In this document: in pieces, positions 25,424 through 39,934 of the stretch | Numbering within the stretch: the first letter of the stretch is position 1 | Layout: each line of letters starts with the position of its first letter | DNA from: Eledone cirrhosa | Taxonomy: Eukaryota | Length of the DNA stretch: 64,000 nucleotides | Direction of reading: 5' to 3' | NCBI GenBank assembly: GCA_964016885.1 | Contig: OZ024750.1 | Coordinates: 53,630,001-53,694,000 of the forward strand | The notes under the pieces: model-generated | The model's database searches: none | What the model was told of the DNA's origin: nothing | The model's input: the letters and a program-made list of their open reading frames with translations, nothing else | Made by a program: the position numbers and the translations under genes

Positions 25424-27649
25424 TGGCAGTATCGGTAAAGAGTCGGACAACATGCTTCATGGCCTAGAGTTATGGCCCTTTATATTCTGAGTTCAAATCC
25501 CGCTGATGTTTTGATCCTTACAGGGTCGAAAAATAAAGTACCAGTAATGCCCTTGGGTTGATTTAATCAACTTTCCCTCCCCCCAAATTGTTGGCCTTGT
25601 GCCTAAATCAGAAATCATTATTATTATATATAAATGGCCTACTTTCCAGTGATTACTGACTGCTTTTCTGGAACTCTCTCGCTCTCTTGGGTCAGTAATA
25701 GATTTTGTAGTAAAGTAGAGGAAATTAGTTATTATTAGCATATAGGACACACTGAATTACAGTATTTCCTTGTTTCTCTTGGTCCCTGCGTTCTCAGTTC
25801 AAATCCCTCCAGGGCCAACTATGCCTTTTTATCCGTTCAAGTAAATACAGAATCCATCTAGAAGTGTTTGATTGGTGGAATTGTTAAAGATTTGGACAAG
25901 ATGCTTTGTGGTGTCTTATCCAGCTCAGTTCTAGATTCAAATCCTGTCTTTGTTTTGCCAGGAGATACAATCAGCAATGGAAAAACCAAGAGAAATAGTT
26001 TCTTTGGTTCTATCAGAGAATCAACTTTCACCCTTCCTTACTGCTAGCCATCACTCTCTTTCCCCCTCCTTGACATCTATTAGCACCACCAAGGTATCCA
26101 TCATTTATCACCCATCTTTCTGGCTATCACATCCCATTACTCATTCTAATTTAGTTTCTTTACACTAACAGCCAGCATTTAACAATTACTCTCTCTTCTC
26201 CTCTCTGTTTTTAAAGGATATGTAAAATATAAATGTGTAAGGCTTATTGGTTAGGGTATTTGGCTGACAATAATGAGGTCATATGTTTGATTCCTAGTGG
26301 TGTATTGTGTCCTTAAACAAGATATTTCATTTCATGTTGTTCCAGTCCACTCAACTGGCAAAAATGAGTAGCTGTAATTTGAAAGGCCAGCCTTCTCACA
26401 TTCTGTGTCACACTGAACTACATTAAGAGTATATGTCTCTGTGAAATGCTCAGTCACTTACAGGTTAATTTCTTGAGCTGATTGTTCTGTTGATTGAATC
26501 AACTGGAACTGACAGAAAGCATATATCTAATGTATCTGTGTATATCTGATATATTTGGAGAGATGTTAAAAGCCCTGACTATGAACAACAATCACACCAT
26601 TTCATATTTTGCTTATCTATGAAAGATCTAATGTTTGTGTTGTTCATGTATATCATTAGAATGGTTTAATGTATATGAACAGTACCCCACCTTAAAACAG
26701 ATGGTGTAAGGAAGATAGCCAACAAACCTCTCCTAGAATACATCATTTTAATTGCAGTTCTATTTGAATCATTTATTCGCCACATCCCACACTCACAGAC
26801 ATGGCTGTACAGTTAAGGAGTTTACTTTTCAACAACATCGTTTCTGATTCAGTCCCACTGTGTGGCATTAAAGACTTGAGTTGACTAATGCTTTGTGAAT
26901 GAAAGTTGGTAGATGGAAACATATATATGTGCATATGTTTGTATTTGTATGTCCAGTAACTTAGCAGTTCAACTAAAAGAAGTCAATAAAATTAGCACCA
27001 GACTGAAACCAGTAAAACAATTGAAGAATAAAAGGTCAAGCTGATTTGTTTTGGGTTAAATAGAAAAAATTATTGATTTCCTTTTCTACTGTTTCTGAGT
27101 TCCATCCAGACACAATGGGAATCTTTCTCTCTAAATACACAACACCAGCAGTCTTCCCAGCACACCTTGTGGATCTTCTTCACCCAATGTCTGTGTCTCC
27201 TACCTGGTGTGATATAGCCACTGTTGGTTGTGTGCTTGAGGTCAGCTTTACATTCACAACTAGTTTAAATGAGAGCCCCTATGATGGATCACTGGATCTG
27301 CCAGAAATAGCAGCCTAATCAACCTGAAATGACAGCCTGTAAAAGGAAGGAGTCATTAAGTCTGTCTACTCTGAATGATATAACAAGAGTTAGGTGTGAG
27401 CTTGACGTTGACATAACTTCAAAGGGAAACTATATTAGAACTCTGAATCTGACTGAAATAGCAGCCAAATCTCACTAAGACCCTTAACCTAGCATCATCT
27501 AAAAGGAAGGACACATAGTTATATGATTATACTCATAAGATATTCAGTGTTTAAAGGAAAAGGAACAAAAAACAGAGGTGGAGTGGTTTCTGTTGGAACA
27601 GCATTGATTATATAAGTCTGCTTGGGTGATCATGACTGGCTAAACATCA

Positions 27650-28448
27650 ACAACATCACTACCATCAGCACCACCACCACCAACACCACCACCAACACCA
27701 ACACTACCACCACCACCAACACCACCACCAACACTACCACCACCACCACCAACACTACCACTACCAACACCACCACCAATACCACTACCAACACCACCAC
27801 CAACACCACCAACTCTACCACCACCACTACCACCAGCAACACCACTACGACCACCAACACTTCCACCAACACCACCACCACCAACAACAACACCACCACC
27901 ACCACTACCAACACCACCACCACCACCAATAACACCATCACCACCACCAACACCACCACTACCACCACCACCAACACCACCACCACCACCAATAACACCA
28001 TCACCACCAACACCACCACTACCACCACCACCAACAACACCACCACCACCAATAACACCATTACCACCATCACCACCAACACCACCAATACCACCACCAC
28101 CAACAACAACACCACCAATACCACCACCACCAACAACAACACCACCAACACCACCACCACCAACACCACCACTACCACCACCACCAACACCACCACCAGC
28201 ACCACCACCACCACCAACAACACCACCACCACCACCAACAACACCATCACCACCAACACCACCAACAACACCACCACCACCACCAACAACACCATCACCA
28301 CCAACACCACCAACAACAACACCACCACCAACAACACCACCACCACCACCAATAACACCATCACCACCAACACCACCAACAACAACACCACCACCACCAA
28401 CAACACCATCACCACCAACAACAACACCACCACCACCAATAACACCAT
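27650..28448. repeat. (ACC)n/(AAC)n trinucleotide array
   Basis: Direct inspection. Confidence 0.95.
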
Positions 28449-28639
28449 ATCCTTTGTTCTCTGTTATCTCCCTTGTTTGGTTCTGATATATTCAGTCTGG
28501 CAATAGAAATTCAGTGTTACTGTTGTTGTTCCTGGATAGCATCAACAGAAATGTCAGTAGTGGTGGTAGTAGTAGTAGTAGCAGTAGTAGTAGCAGCAGT
28601 AGTAGCAACAGCAGTAGTTGTAGCGGTAGTAGTAGTAGT

Positions 28640-30283
28640 CAAGTAACAGTGTAGTTAGTAAGGCAATTAAGGATATGAAAACTGGGAAAGCAGCCGGTCT
28701 GTCAGGAATAGTTGCTTAGATGCTGAAAGCATCTGGGTCAGTTGGACACACCATGACGACATGTATTGTTATCCAGGTAATACTAGATGGCGTCATACCA
28801 TATGCCCTCTTCCTTGTGAGACAGTTACGGGAAAAGTACCTAGGTAAAAGTAAGCCTCTCTACCTAGCATTTATTGATCTGGAGAAAGCTTTCAACAGCG
28901 TGCCCCATGACATAATTTGGTGGGCTCTTAGAAAACTAGGAGTAGATGAGTGGCTTGTGAAGGCTGTACAAGACATGTATAGAGGAGCACTCAGCAAAAT
29001 CAGGATTAACAATGACTATAGCAAGGAATTTAGTGTACAAGTGGGCATTTGCCAGGGCTCTGTTCTTAACCCTCTCTTGTTATTGTTTTGCAGGCTATAA
29101 CAGAAGAGTTTAAGACTGGCTGCCAATGGGAACTTCTGTTCACGGATGATCTTACACTCATTGCTGAATTTAGCCATGTATAGAGGAGCAGTCAGCAAAG
29201 TTAGGGTTAGCAATGACTATAGCGATGAATTTAGCATACAGGTCGGTGTCCACCAGGGCTCTGTTCTTAGCCCTCTCCTGTTCATCATAGTTCTGCAGGC
29301 AATAACGGAGGAGTTTAAGACCGGATGCCCATGGAAACTCCTATATGCAGATGATCTTGCACTTATAGCAGAATCTATGGTGGAACTAAAGAAATTCCAA
29401 ACATGGAAGCAGGGCCTAGAAACAAGGGGTCTTAAAGTCAACCTGACAAAGACTAAGGTTCTTGTAAGTAGAGGAGAAAATAGAACCCAGATCCCCTCAG
29501 GGAAATGGCCTTGTTCAGTAAGTAGAAAAGGCATTGATAGAAACTCCATCCCCTGCCCTATATGCAAACTGTGGGTACACAAGAGATGTAGTGGGATCTC
29601 AGGAAGTTTAGCTAAGAATGTAGGCTTTACATGAAGCAGTTGCACTGGAATATTAAGCAGCAAACAAGTACTATCAAATTCTCTGTAGAAACAGTAGACA
29701 GCTTCTGCTACTTAGGTGACCAAAATAGCAACAGTGGTGGGTGTTCTGAAAGTACAGTAGCCAGAGTAAGAATGGGATGGAAGAAGTTCAGTTAGCTACT
29801 ACCACCGCTGGCTACAAAAGGCTTCTCCCTCAGAATGAAAGGCAGACTGTATGATGCGTGCGTACATACAGCTATATTGCATGGTAGTAAGACTTGGGCG
29901 CTGTGTGCAGAAGACTTGTGTAGATTGGAAAGAAATGAAGCCTGCATGCTCCGATAGATGTGTAATTGTAATATACGAGAACAGCAAAGCATAAATGATC
30001 AAATGTTGTGTGCAGGAGTATGTTGTTGCATTGGTATGGACATGTGTTGCGTATGAAGGATGACAGTTGGCATGAGGTGATAAAAGCCAACCTTGTCCAA
30101 TTGCACCTCTCAAATGCAATGATACAGGACCGGGATCTCTGGCAATACACAGTAATACAGAAACCCAACTTCCCACGTGCACAAACTGAAGCATTTATAC
30201 AGTATGCCCCACACCAACCCCCTCCCATACACACACCCCATGCTAGCGTGGAAAATGGACTTAAAGACAGAGGTGATGATGAT
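28640..30283 (+). mobile_element. Degenerate RTE LINE with internal deletions and a duplicated RT segment. An extra 3'UTR piece lies at about 30340-30548
   Basis: FIDLEKAFN, QGSVLSPLLF, LLYADDL and WPCSVS motifs, with a (GAT)n tail. Confidence 0.9.
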
Positions 30284-30700
30284 ATGTGCATATATACACA
30301 AATATGTATGTATAGACCATGTGTGTATATATGTATATAGCATCCAACCCACACTGTAAAGTAGACGAGTAAAAGACACGGCAAAAAGCTCCCAGCCCAC
30401 ACTGTCAATAAGGTTGGCGTTAAGAAGGGCATCCAGCTGTAGAAAACCAGCCAGAAACACCTCTATATGAGCGAGACACGGTCACCTCACCTAACTTACC
30501 TCTAAATGGAACCTGTATAACCATGGAAGATGTTAATCGATGATGATATATATATATGTTAAATGATGATAATAAGGATAATATATGTTTATGTGTGTGG
30601 ATGTTATATTTCAATGCTATGTTGTACTATAGAAAATGCATATAAGACAGCTGTAAACACCTTGTCTATATATACAATATTTTCATGAATAGGAAGTATA

Positions 30701-30750
30701 ATCAGCCAGACTAGTTTCAACCCTGTGTTAAGATTTCATCAGTGACTAAC
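30701..30750 (-). ncRNA. Minimal type I hammerhead ribozyme motif with all core nucleotides present
   Basis: Minus strand reads GUUAGUCA-CUGAUGA-AAUCUU-aacac-AGGGUU-GAAA-CUAG-UC|UGGCUGAU: 8-bp stem I with G-U pairs, 6-bp stem II, palindromic stem III ACUAGU, GUC cleavage site. Confidence 0.8.
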
Positions 30751-30857
30751 ACCCGCTTGCAACACAAACCACCAAATCCTGTCACTCCACTCTGTCTTCA
30801 GCTACAACAGTCCTCACCCTTCATTATTCCTTGCCTCTTCAACTAATATATTTCTTT

Positions 30858-30891
30858 ATGTAGTAGTAGTAGCAACAGCAGTAGTAGTAGT

Positions 30892-30923
<32 letters not shown>

Positions 30924-31002
30924 CTGTAGCAGCAGTAACAGTAGTAGTAGTAGCAGCAGTAGCAGTAGTAGTAGCAGTAACAGTAGTAGTAGTAGTAGTA
31001 GT

Positions 31003-31057
<55 letters not shown>

Positions 31058-31420
31058 TGTATGTATTGTTCTAGGTAAACTGCAAATGTCAAAATATGAC
31101 ATCTGAAGGCAAGCAAAGATCATCTCAGAAAAACCCTGGTGTTGTGGTGGTGGTGTTGTGGAGGTGTTGTGGAGGTGTTGTGGTGGTAGTAGTGTTGTGG
31201 TGGTGTTGTGGTGGTAGTGGTGTGGTGGTGGTGGTGGTGTTGTGGTAGTGGTGTTGTGCTGGTAGTGGTGTGGTGGTGGTGTTGTAGTGGTGGTGGTAGT
31301 GTTGTGGTGGTGGTGGTGGTAGTGAGGGTGTGTTGGCAGTGGTGTTGTGGTGTTGCTATTGTTGGTGGTGTTGTTGTAGTGGTTGTTGTGGTGGTGGTAG
31401 TGGTGGTGGTGTTGTTGTGA
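30858..31420. repeat. (AGT/AGC)n and (GGT/TGT)n microsatellites
   Basis: Direct inspection. Confidence 0.9.
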
Positions 31421-32260
31421 TGGTCAGACTTTTACTGAAACCTGTATAGTTTTCTAGACCGACCAGTAGTTTCCAAACATATTTTGTTACAGAATCAGGC
31501 TAGTTAATCTGGTAGAGCACTGGACATTTGTTGAATGACTTAGCCATTCTCAGTTCAAATTCCACCAAGTTTAACTAAGAATGACTTAGTCATTCTCAGT
31601 TCAAATTCCACCAAGTTTAACTAAGAATGACTTAGCCATTCTCAGTTCAAATTCCACCAAGTTTAACTATACCTTTCATCCTTTTGTGGTCAGTAAACTA
31701 TAGTACCAGTCAAGTATCTAGATCAATATAATTGACTTTCCCTTCTACCAAATAATTTCTGGTCTTGTGTCAAAATTAGACACCATTTTGGTAGATAATT
31801 ACTGTGAGTCTGTCCTACCTATATAGCACACCTCCATCTCTATTCTACTTAATGAGACCTTCACCTCCATTCTACTTAACACCTTCACCGCCATCCTACT
31901 TAATGACACCTTTGCATCTATCGTACCTATATAGCACACCTCCATCCTTTACATACCTGTTGCTTTCTGTACTAATTAGAACACACCTTTTCATAATCTT
32001 GTCATCTCCAACACCTACTCTTCCTGGAAATTGAAACCCAGAGAGCTAAGTTAGCCTCATGAACGTTGGTTGGTGGTTTAGAATCCTGTTAGGTGTCTTC
32101 ACTGATGAAAACTTGCCAAATTTACCTGGTGACTTGATTACAAGTGTGTTAGAATAGACATCTTTATCTATTGTCTCTGTGTGGGTGTCTCTGTACCTGT
32201 CAACATGTGTGTGTGTGAATCCCTGTCTGTGTATGGATGCCTGTGTGTGTGAGTACGCAG

Positions 32261-32320
32261 GTGCAGGGTGTGAAGGCGAGGGGCAGGTCTAAGGGCCCAA
32301 TACTATGGTTCTATGTGTAG
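32261..32320 (+). CDS. Candidate alternative terminal exon of the Trio/Kalirin gene (VQGVKARGRSKGPILWFYV*)
   Basis: cgcAG acceptor, phase 0 compatible with the donor after 12831, 19 codons then TAG, ends in hydrophobic F-Y-V. The polypyrimidine tract is weak. Confidence 0.45.
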   Translation: MQGVKARGRSKGPILWFYV

Positions 32321-32494
32321 CCCCCCCCCCCTACTGCATTTGCTTTGTCTGAGGGACTATGATTCTTATGGCAACCCTAGCAATACCAGGTATCGGCATA
32401 CTGGTTGGGGGGGCGGGGTCCCACTGGGTCTAGGGGCGCAGTACTGCGGTTGTGTATATAGGGGCCTTAGTGTATTGCTTTGCCCAGAGGTCCT

Positions 32495-34925
<2,431 letters not shown>

Positions 34926-35958
34926 TGTTGCTTTTCTTTTGCCATCATAGTGACAGTTGACATCACCATCATCACCAAGATGTTGTTGTGGTTGTAGTAG
35001 TGAAAAAAAAACAACCTTCCAACCAGAATGTAGTGGAATACTTGTTATAACTTTAGTGTCTTTAGTCTGTCACATACTCTCACATATTTTGCTTTTCTTT
35101 CCTCCTCCTCCTCCTCCTCCTCCTTATCCCCCCTCCTGTCTTCATGTTGTTGTGATAGTAAGTAGTAAGAGAGTTTTACTGTATGTAGACGTGGTATTTA
35201 TCCATTTAATTCTATTCCTTCTCTCTATAATATTTAACATATCTTTACTCCAGACCATCATCTTCAACATCTTCACACTAGTAAGTAAATAATCATTTGT
35301 CCCATTATAGGAGAAATATCTGTCTTTCTCTCTCTATTTGACATATCTTAACTTCATCTTGCTCTCATCTTCATTTTCCTCATTTCCTCCTCATCATATT
35401 CTTGATGCTAGTAAATCTTTATCTGTCCTATTAGAAAGAGAGATGCCTGTCTTTCTTTGGTCTCTCTCTGTCTGACATCTCCTTACATCATCTTACTTCT
35501 CCTCCTCATCTCCACCACTTCAGTAAATCTCCATTTGTCCCATCAGAGATGTATGTCTGTCTTTAACACATTCCTATTGATTATATTTTATTGACTTTGT
35601 CAATAATGTTTACTTCATCTGCTTTGCTTTCCTCTGTTAGCAACAAACTGATTGATTTGTGAGCACCCTCATCATTGTCAGCTGCTAAAATATTATTATT
35701 ATTTAACAAAAGGTAAATAAAACTTTCTCAAGACAAAGAAAGAAAAAGATGAGCTTAAAAATAAAAAGTGGAAGAGAGAGAGTTCTTTACAGATGCACTT
35801 TGGAACGAGATAAAATGTTATTGTGTTCTTGTTGAGTTATATCACTCGGCAAACAACTTTTGGTATCAGACTACACTGGAATCTATCACCAGATTGGATA
35901 TTTTATTGATTTTTTCCCCCCTCATTCCAAAACAGGATGACTGTTTAATATTTTGGGC

Positions 35959-36048
35959 ATGTTGCTTTTCCGTTTATTACATTGGAAACAAAAAATCCGA
36001 GATAAAAGACGCTCGGAGAGCTATGATGGTACTACTAGTGATGTTGTG
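35959..36048 (+). CDS. Candidate alternative start exon of a Trio/Kalirin isoform lacking GEF1 (MLLFRLLHWKQKIRDKRRSESYDGTTSDVV)
   Basis: ATG in ggcATG context, 30 codons, GTG|GTatgt donor in phase 0, located in non-repetitive sequence. Confidence 0.55.
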
Positions 36049-38009
36049 GTATGTTTCTTTTATATATTTTCAATAATGAAATATATTTGCATTCATCAAT
36101 TAACACTAATTTAATCATTAACAATGCTGTATATACTTGTATATAAGTTGGACCTGTTTTAAAGCTATTTACTAGAGCAAGGGTTGACTTCATAGTAATC
36201 GTAGGGTCCTTTTTTGTCAAACTTTTACAGACACATACTTTTCCACTAATGTTTGAATTTTCCCTTTTATTATTATATTTCTAATGAAAATGATCAAGAA
36301 TTTTAAGGAATTTAGTAATACAACTTTCTTATTTTTTATGAGGCATTTGAAACATAAAGGTTTTACATAAAATTATGAGTGAAGGTTTTTAGATAAATAA
36401 AATAAACAGCTTTGTATTGTAGAAATAGGGGTGGTTTTAGACAGTTTGGCATCAAAAGGGTTCATTAATGCTAAATGTGAACATGTATGTATGTATACAT
36501 GCATGCAAGTTACACTTTTTTCCATGAAAATACAACTACTATTTTAAAGTTATTTTTCTTGTTAGAACAGGAATTAACTTTGCATGCACCATGATAGGTT
36601 TCATACTCATAATAGGGTCCTTTTTTAGGCAAAGCTTTACAGTGGGATGCCCTTCCTGGTGCTACCCTATTTAGCTGACATGAAAAATATAATGTGGAAG
36701 ACTGTGACTTAGTGGGCTTACGAAACCTTCATTCAAAATATATGGTTCATTGTAAATGTATGTCAAATAAAGAAGTGACTTATACAAGTACATATATACC
36801 TTAAACAAAGACAAGGTTAACCCTTTTAGTGTGAAACCACCTGAAACTACCCCTAGTTCCACTATGTCTGTTTCAAAGTGTTTATGTTTATCTAATAACC
36901 TATCATAATTTTATGTAAGAACTTTTGTTAAGTTGCGTTCCAAGCACTAGATTAATAATGCAAAAGTCATATTACTAAATCACTCCAAGTTTGATTATTT
37001 TCATATTTATTTGTAAATGAGAGTCATCTTGTGTAACCCTTTCCATCCCAAACTCTGTGAAACTACTGTAGGTTCTATGATACAAAGCAGTTTATTTTAA
37101 ACCTTCCATCATAATCTTATATAAAAAACATTTAAGTTATGCTCCAAATACCAGCTTCATTATGAGGTTAGTTATATTATTAAATCTGTCCAAATTCTTT
37201 ATTATTTTTGAAAATATTTAAAAATCACAGTCTGATTCTGTCATTAGAAATATGGTAATGAAAGAGTTAATGAAAAAGTTTTTACTTAATTTTGTGTGAA
37301 TGTTTTAAACTTTAGAAAGTATAATTTTCTCAACAATGTTGTAGTTAAAATTTACTACACCACTACCAGCACTATCATAATCATCATCTAAATTGTGTGA
37401 AGTTCCCAGTATTGAAATTGCAAGCCTGTTTTCTTATTATTCTCAGAATTGACTGATTTTCATTAAAACTTTTGGATAAACACCACAGGCCCATAACATG
37501 TATAGTCTGTAGGTCATTATTTAAATTGTGGTCAGTTTACCTATTATTCTTCAAGTCAGTAAAACAGCTTGACCTAGTGGTTAGGATATTGAGCTGATGA
37601 ATAAGGCCATGGGTTGATTCCTGGTCTAGGTGACACATTGTGTTTTTGAGCAAGATACTTCATTTCACATTGCCTTTTATGACATGACTGGAATGTCTAT
37701 CATTAAAACACCTGAGAAACCTTTTATGAGATGAAACCTACACATCTGTGAGCTGTAAATTTATTCTTTTTTCATTAAGAACCAGTGAAGTACTTAATGG
37801 TGTCAATAAAATTAACATTACCCTGCTTCCTAAAATTGTGTGGATCTCTGCCTATATAGGACACAATACTGGGTGTTTGCTATTTGGAATGTTACCAGGT
37901 ATTCACAAACTTCTCTGCCAGTCATGTGACCACTGGAAGTTACACTTTGTTTTTCTATAAAGAACCAGTGCTGGTGAAAGGAGTCCATGTTGTTGAGCAA
38001 ACTCTAAAC

Positions 38010-38155
38010 AACTAGAATTAACTGGTTGGTCTACTAGTTATAACTAGAATTAACTGGTTGGTCTACTAGTTATAACTAGAATTAACTGGTTGGTCTACTA
38101 GTTATAACTAGAATTAACTGGTTGGTCTATTAGTTATAACTAGAATTAACTGGTT
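38010..38155. repeat. Minisatellite of about 33 bp, about 4.5 copies
   Basis: ACTAGAATTAACTGGTTGGTCTACTAGTTATA repeated. Confidence 0.9.
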
Positions 38156-38964
38156 CTGACAGAGCTTCTGAGACCTAATCTTTTTATATTTTTTACTGGT
38201 TTCATTCATTAGACTACTGCAATACAGCATATTGAAGGAATTTAGTCAACTATATCAAACAGTAACTATTTTTTCAATCTGGTTTTTATTTTATAAATCC
38301 CTTTTTGTCAAAGTTACAGGAGATAAACAAATACTGACATGATCTCTCTCTCTCACACACACCCACCCACACAGTTTCCTTCTACTGGATTTCACTTGGA
38401 GAGATTTAATTGATCATATTAACCCTGGTATTTATCTTTTCAAATCTAGTACATATTTTGTCTTTTTTTCAAAAGCACTAAGCTACACAGCATAAACAGG
38501 CAGAAACACACGCACATGTGCACAGAAGACATTTGTCAACCCAACGCTATTGTGGAATGGAACTCAAAACCATGTGGTTACAAAGGGAAATCTTGAACAC
38601 AGCTATGCCTGCGCCTAATTTCTGGATAACTTCCAGAAATTCTTGGTCTGGTAGTGTTGAAATAGGGGAATGAGTAGGAAAATTGTTGATTTGAGATGAA
38701 GTCTCCTGGCATAGTCCTGTTTTCATCTGGACATGATTGGCATGGTCCTGTTTTCATCTGGACATGATTGGCATGGCCCTGCTTTCATCTGGACATAATT
38801 GAGATGTGTTCAGTGACAAAACCATTCGATGCTGATTTGTAAAGGTTTGTCAATGTTTAGGCCTGGACATGGCTATGTGATTAAGGAGTTTATTTTACAA
38901 CCATGTGATTTCAAGTTCAATTTCACTTTGTGACACCTTGAATAAGTGTCTGCTACAAGTTTAA

Positions 38965-39169
38965 CCCTTTTCTTACCATATTTCTAATGAAAGACACTGT
39001 TTAATTTTAAAAATAATCAAGAGTTTGGAAATTGGAACATAGCTTAACAAAGGTCCTCACATAAAATAATGATGGAAGGTTTTTATTTCGATAAATATTA
39101 ACACTTTAAAAAAATCAGTGCTGCAGCATAGAACTAAGGGCTGTTTCAGGCAGTTTGCTATAAAAAGGG
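38965..39169 (+). mobile_element. TTAA-flanked MITE with piggyBac-like ends. Related copies at about 36260-36465, 36817-37020(-), 37034-37270(-) and 7257-7470
   Basis: TTAA|CCCTTTT...AAAAGGG|TTAA, about 205 bp, noncoding. Confidence 0.75.
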
Positions 39170-39934
39170 TTAATAATGAAAAAGACATTTAAATTACTGA
39201 ATCTCCAATTTTTTTGTTATTTTAAAAATTATTTGAAAATCATAGAGATAGTGTTGTGTAGGTTGCATCTTATAAAAGGTTTATCAGGTGTTTTAACGTT
39301 AGACATTCCAGTCCTGTCAGGAAAAGCAATGTGAAATGAAGTATCTTGCCCAAAATCACAATGTGACACCCAGACCAGGAATCAAAACCATGGCCTTATG
39401 ATCGTGAGGTCAATATCCTAACCACTAGGCTATACTATTTTACTATACTACTATGAGGAATGTTGGACAAGTATCTTGCATTCAACTATAGCTTCAGGTC
39501 GACAAATGCCTTGTCAGCAAAATTTGGTAGACAGAAACGACAGAAGCCCATCCTGTGTGTATGGGGGGGGGGGGGGTATGCGTTTCAGAATAAATATGTA
39601 TTTTTATATATATGTGTGTGCTTCAAAATATATATGCATGTCTATATATTTATATATATATGTGTGCGTGTGTGTGTTTATATTTCAAAATATATATGTG
39701 TATATATTTATGTGTGTGTGTTTGTCCTCTTACCTAGTGGTTCAACATAAGAAATTGATAAAATACACTTTTGACTTTAAAAAAAAATATGGTTAGAGTT
39801 TAATAGGTGAAATTCGACAAAGAATAATATGAAGAAGGAGAAAACACAAATTTACTTATCTCATCTGATAATTTTAGAATCTCTCTTACACCCTCACAAT
39901 TATTTGCTGATCCTATGATTATGAAGGAGAAACT

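Noticed and set aside
27622-28506. 294-aa Thr/Asn ORF
   Set aside because: (ACC/AAC)n microsatellite.
32098-32135. CTGATGA at about 32102 as a further hammerhead
   Set aside because: No stem II or GAAA partner.
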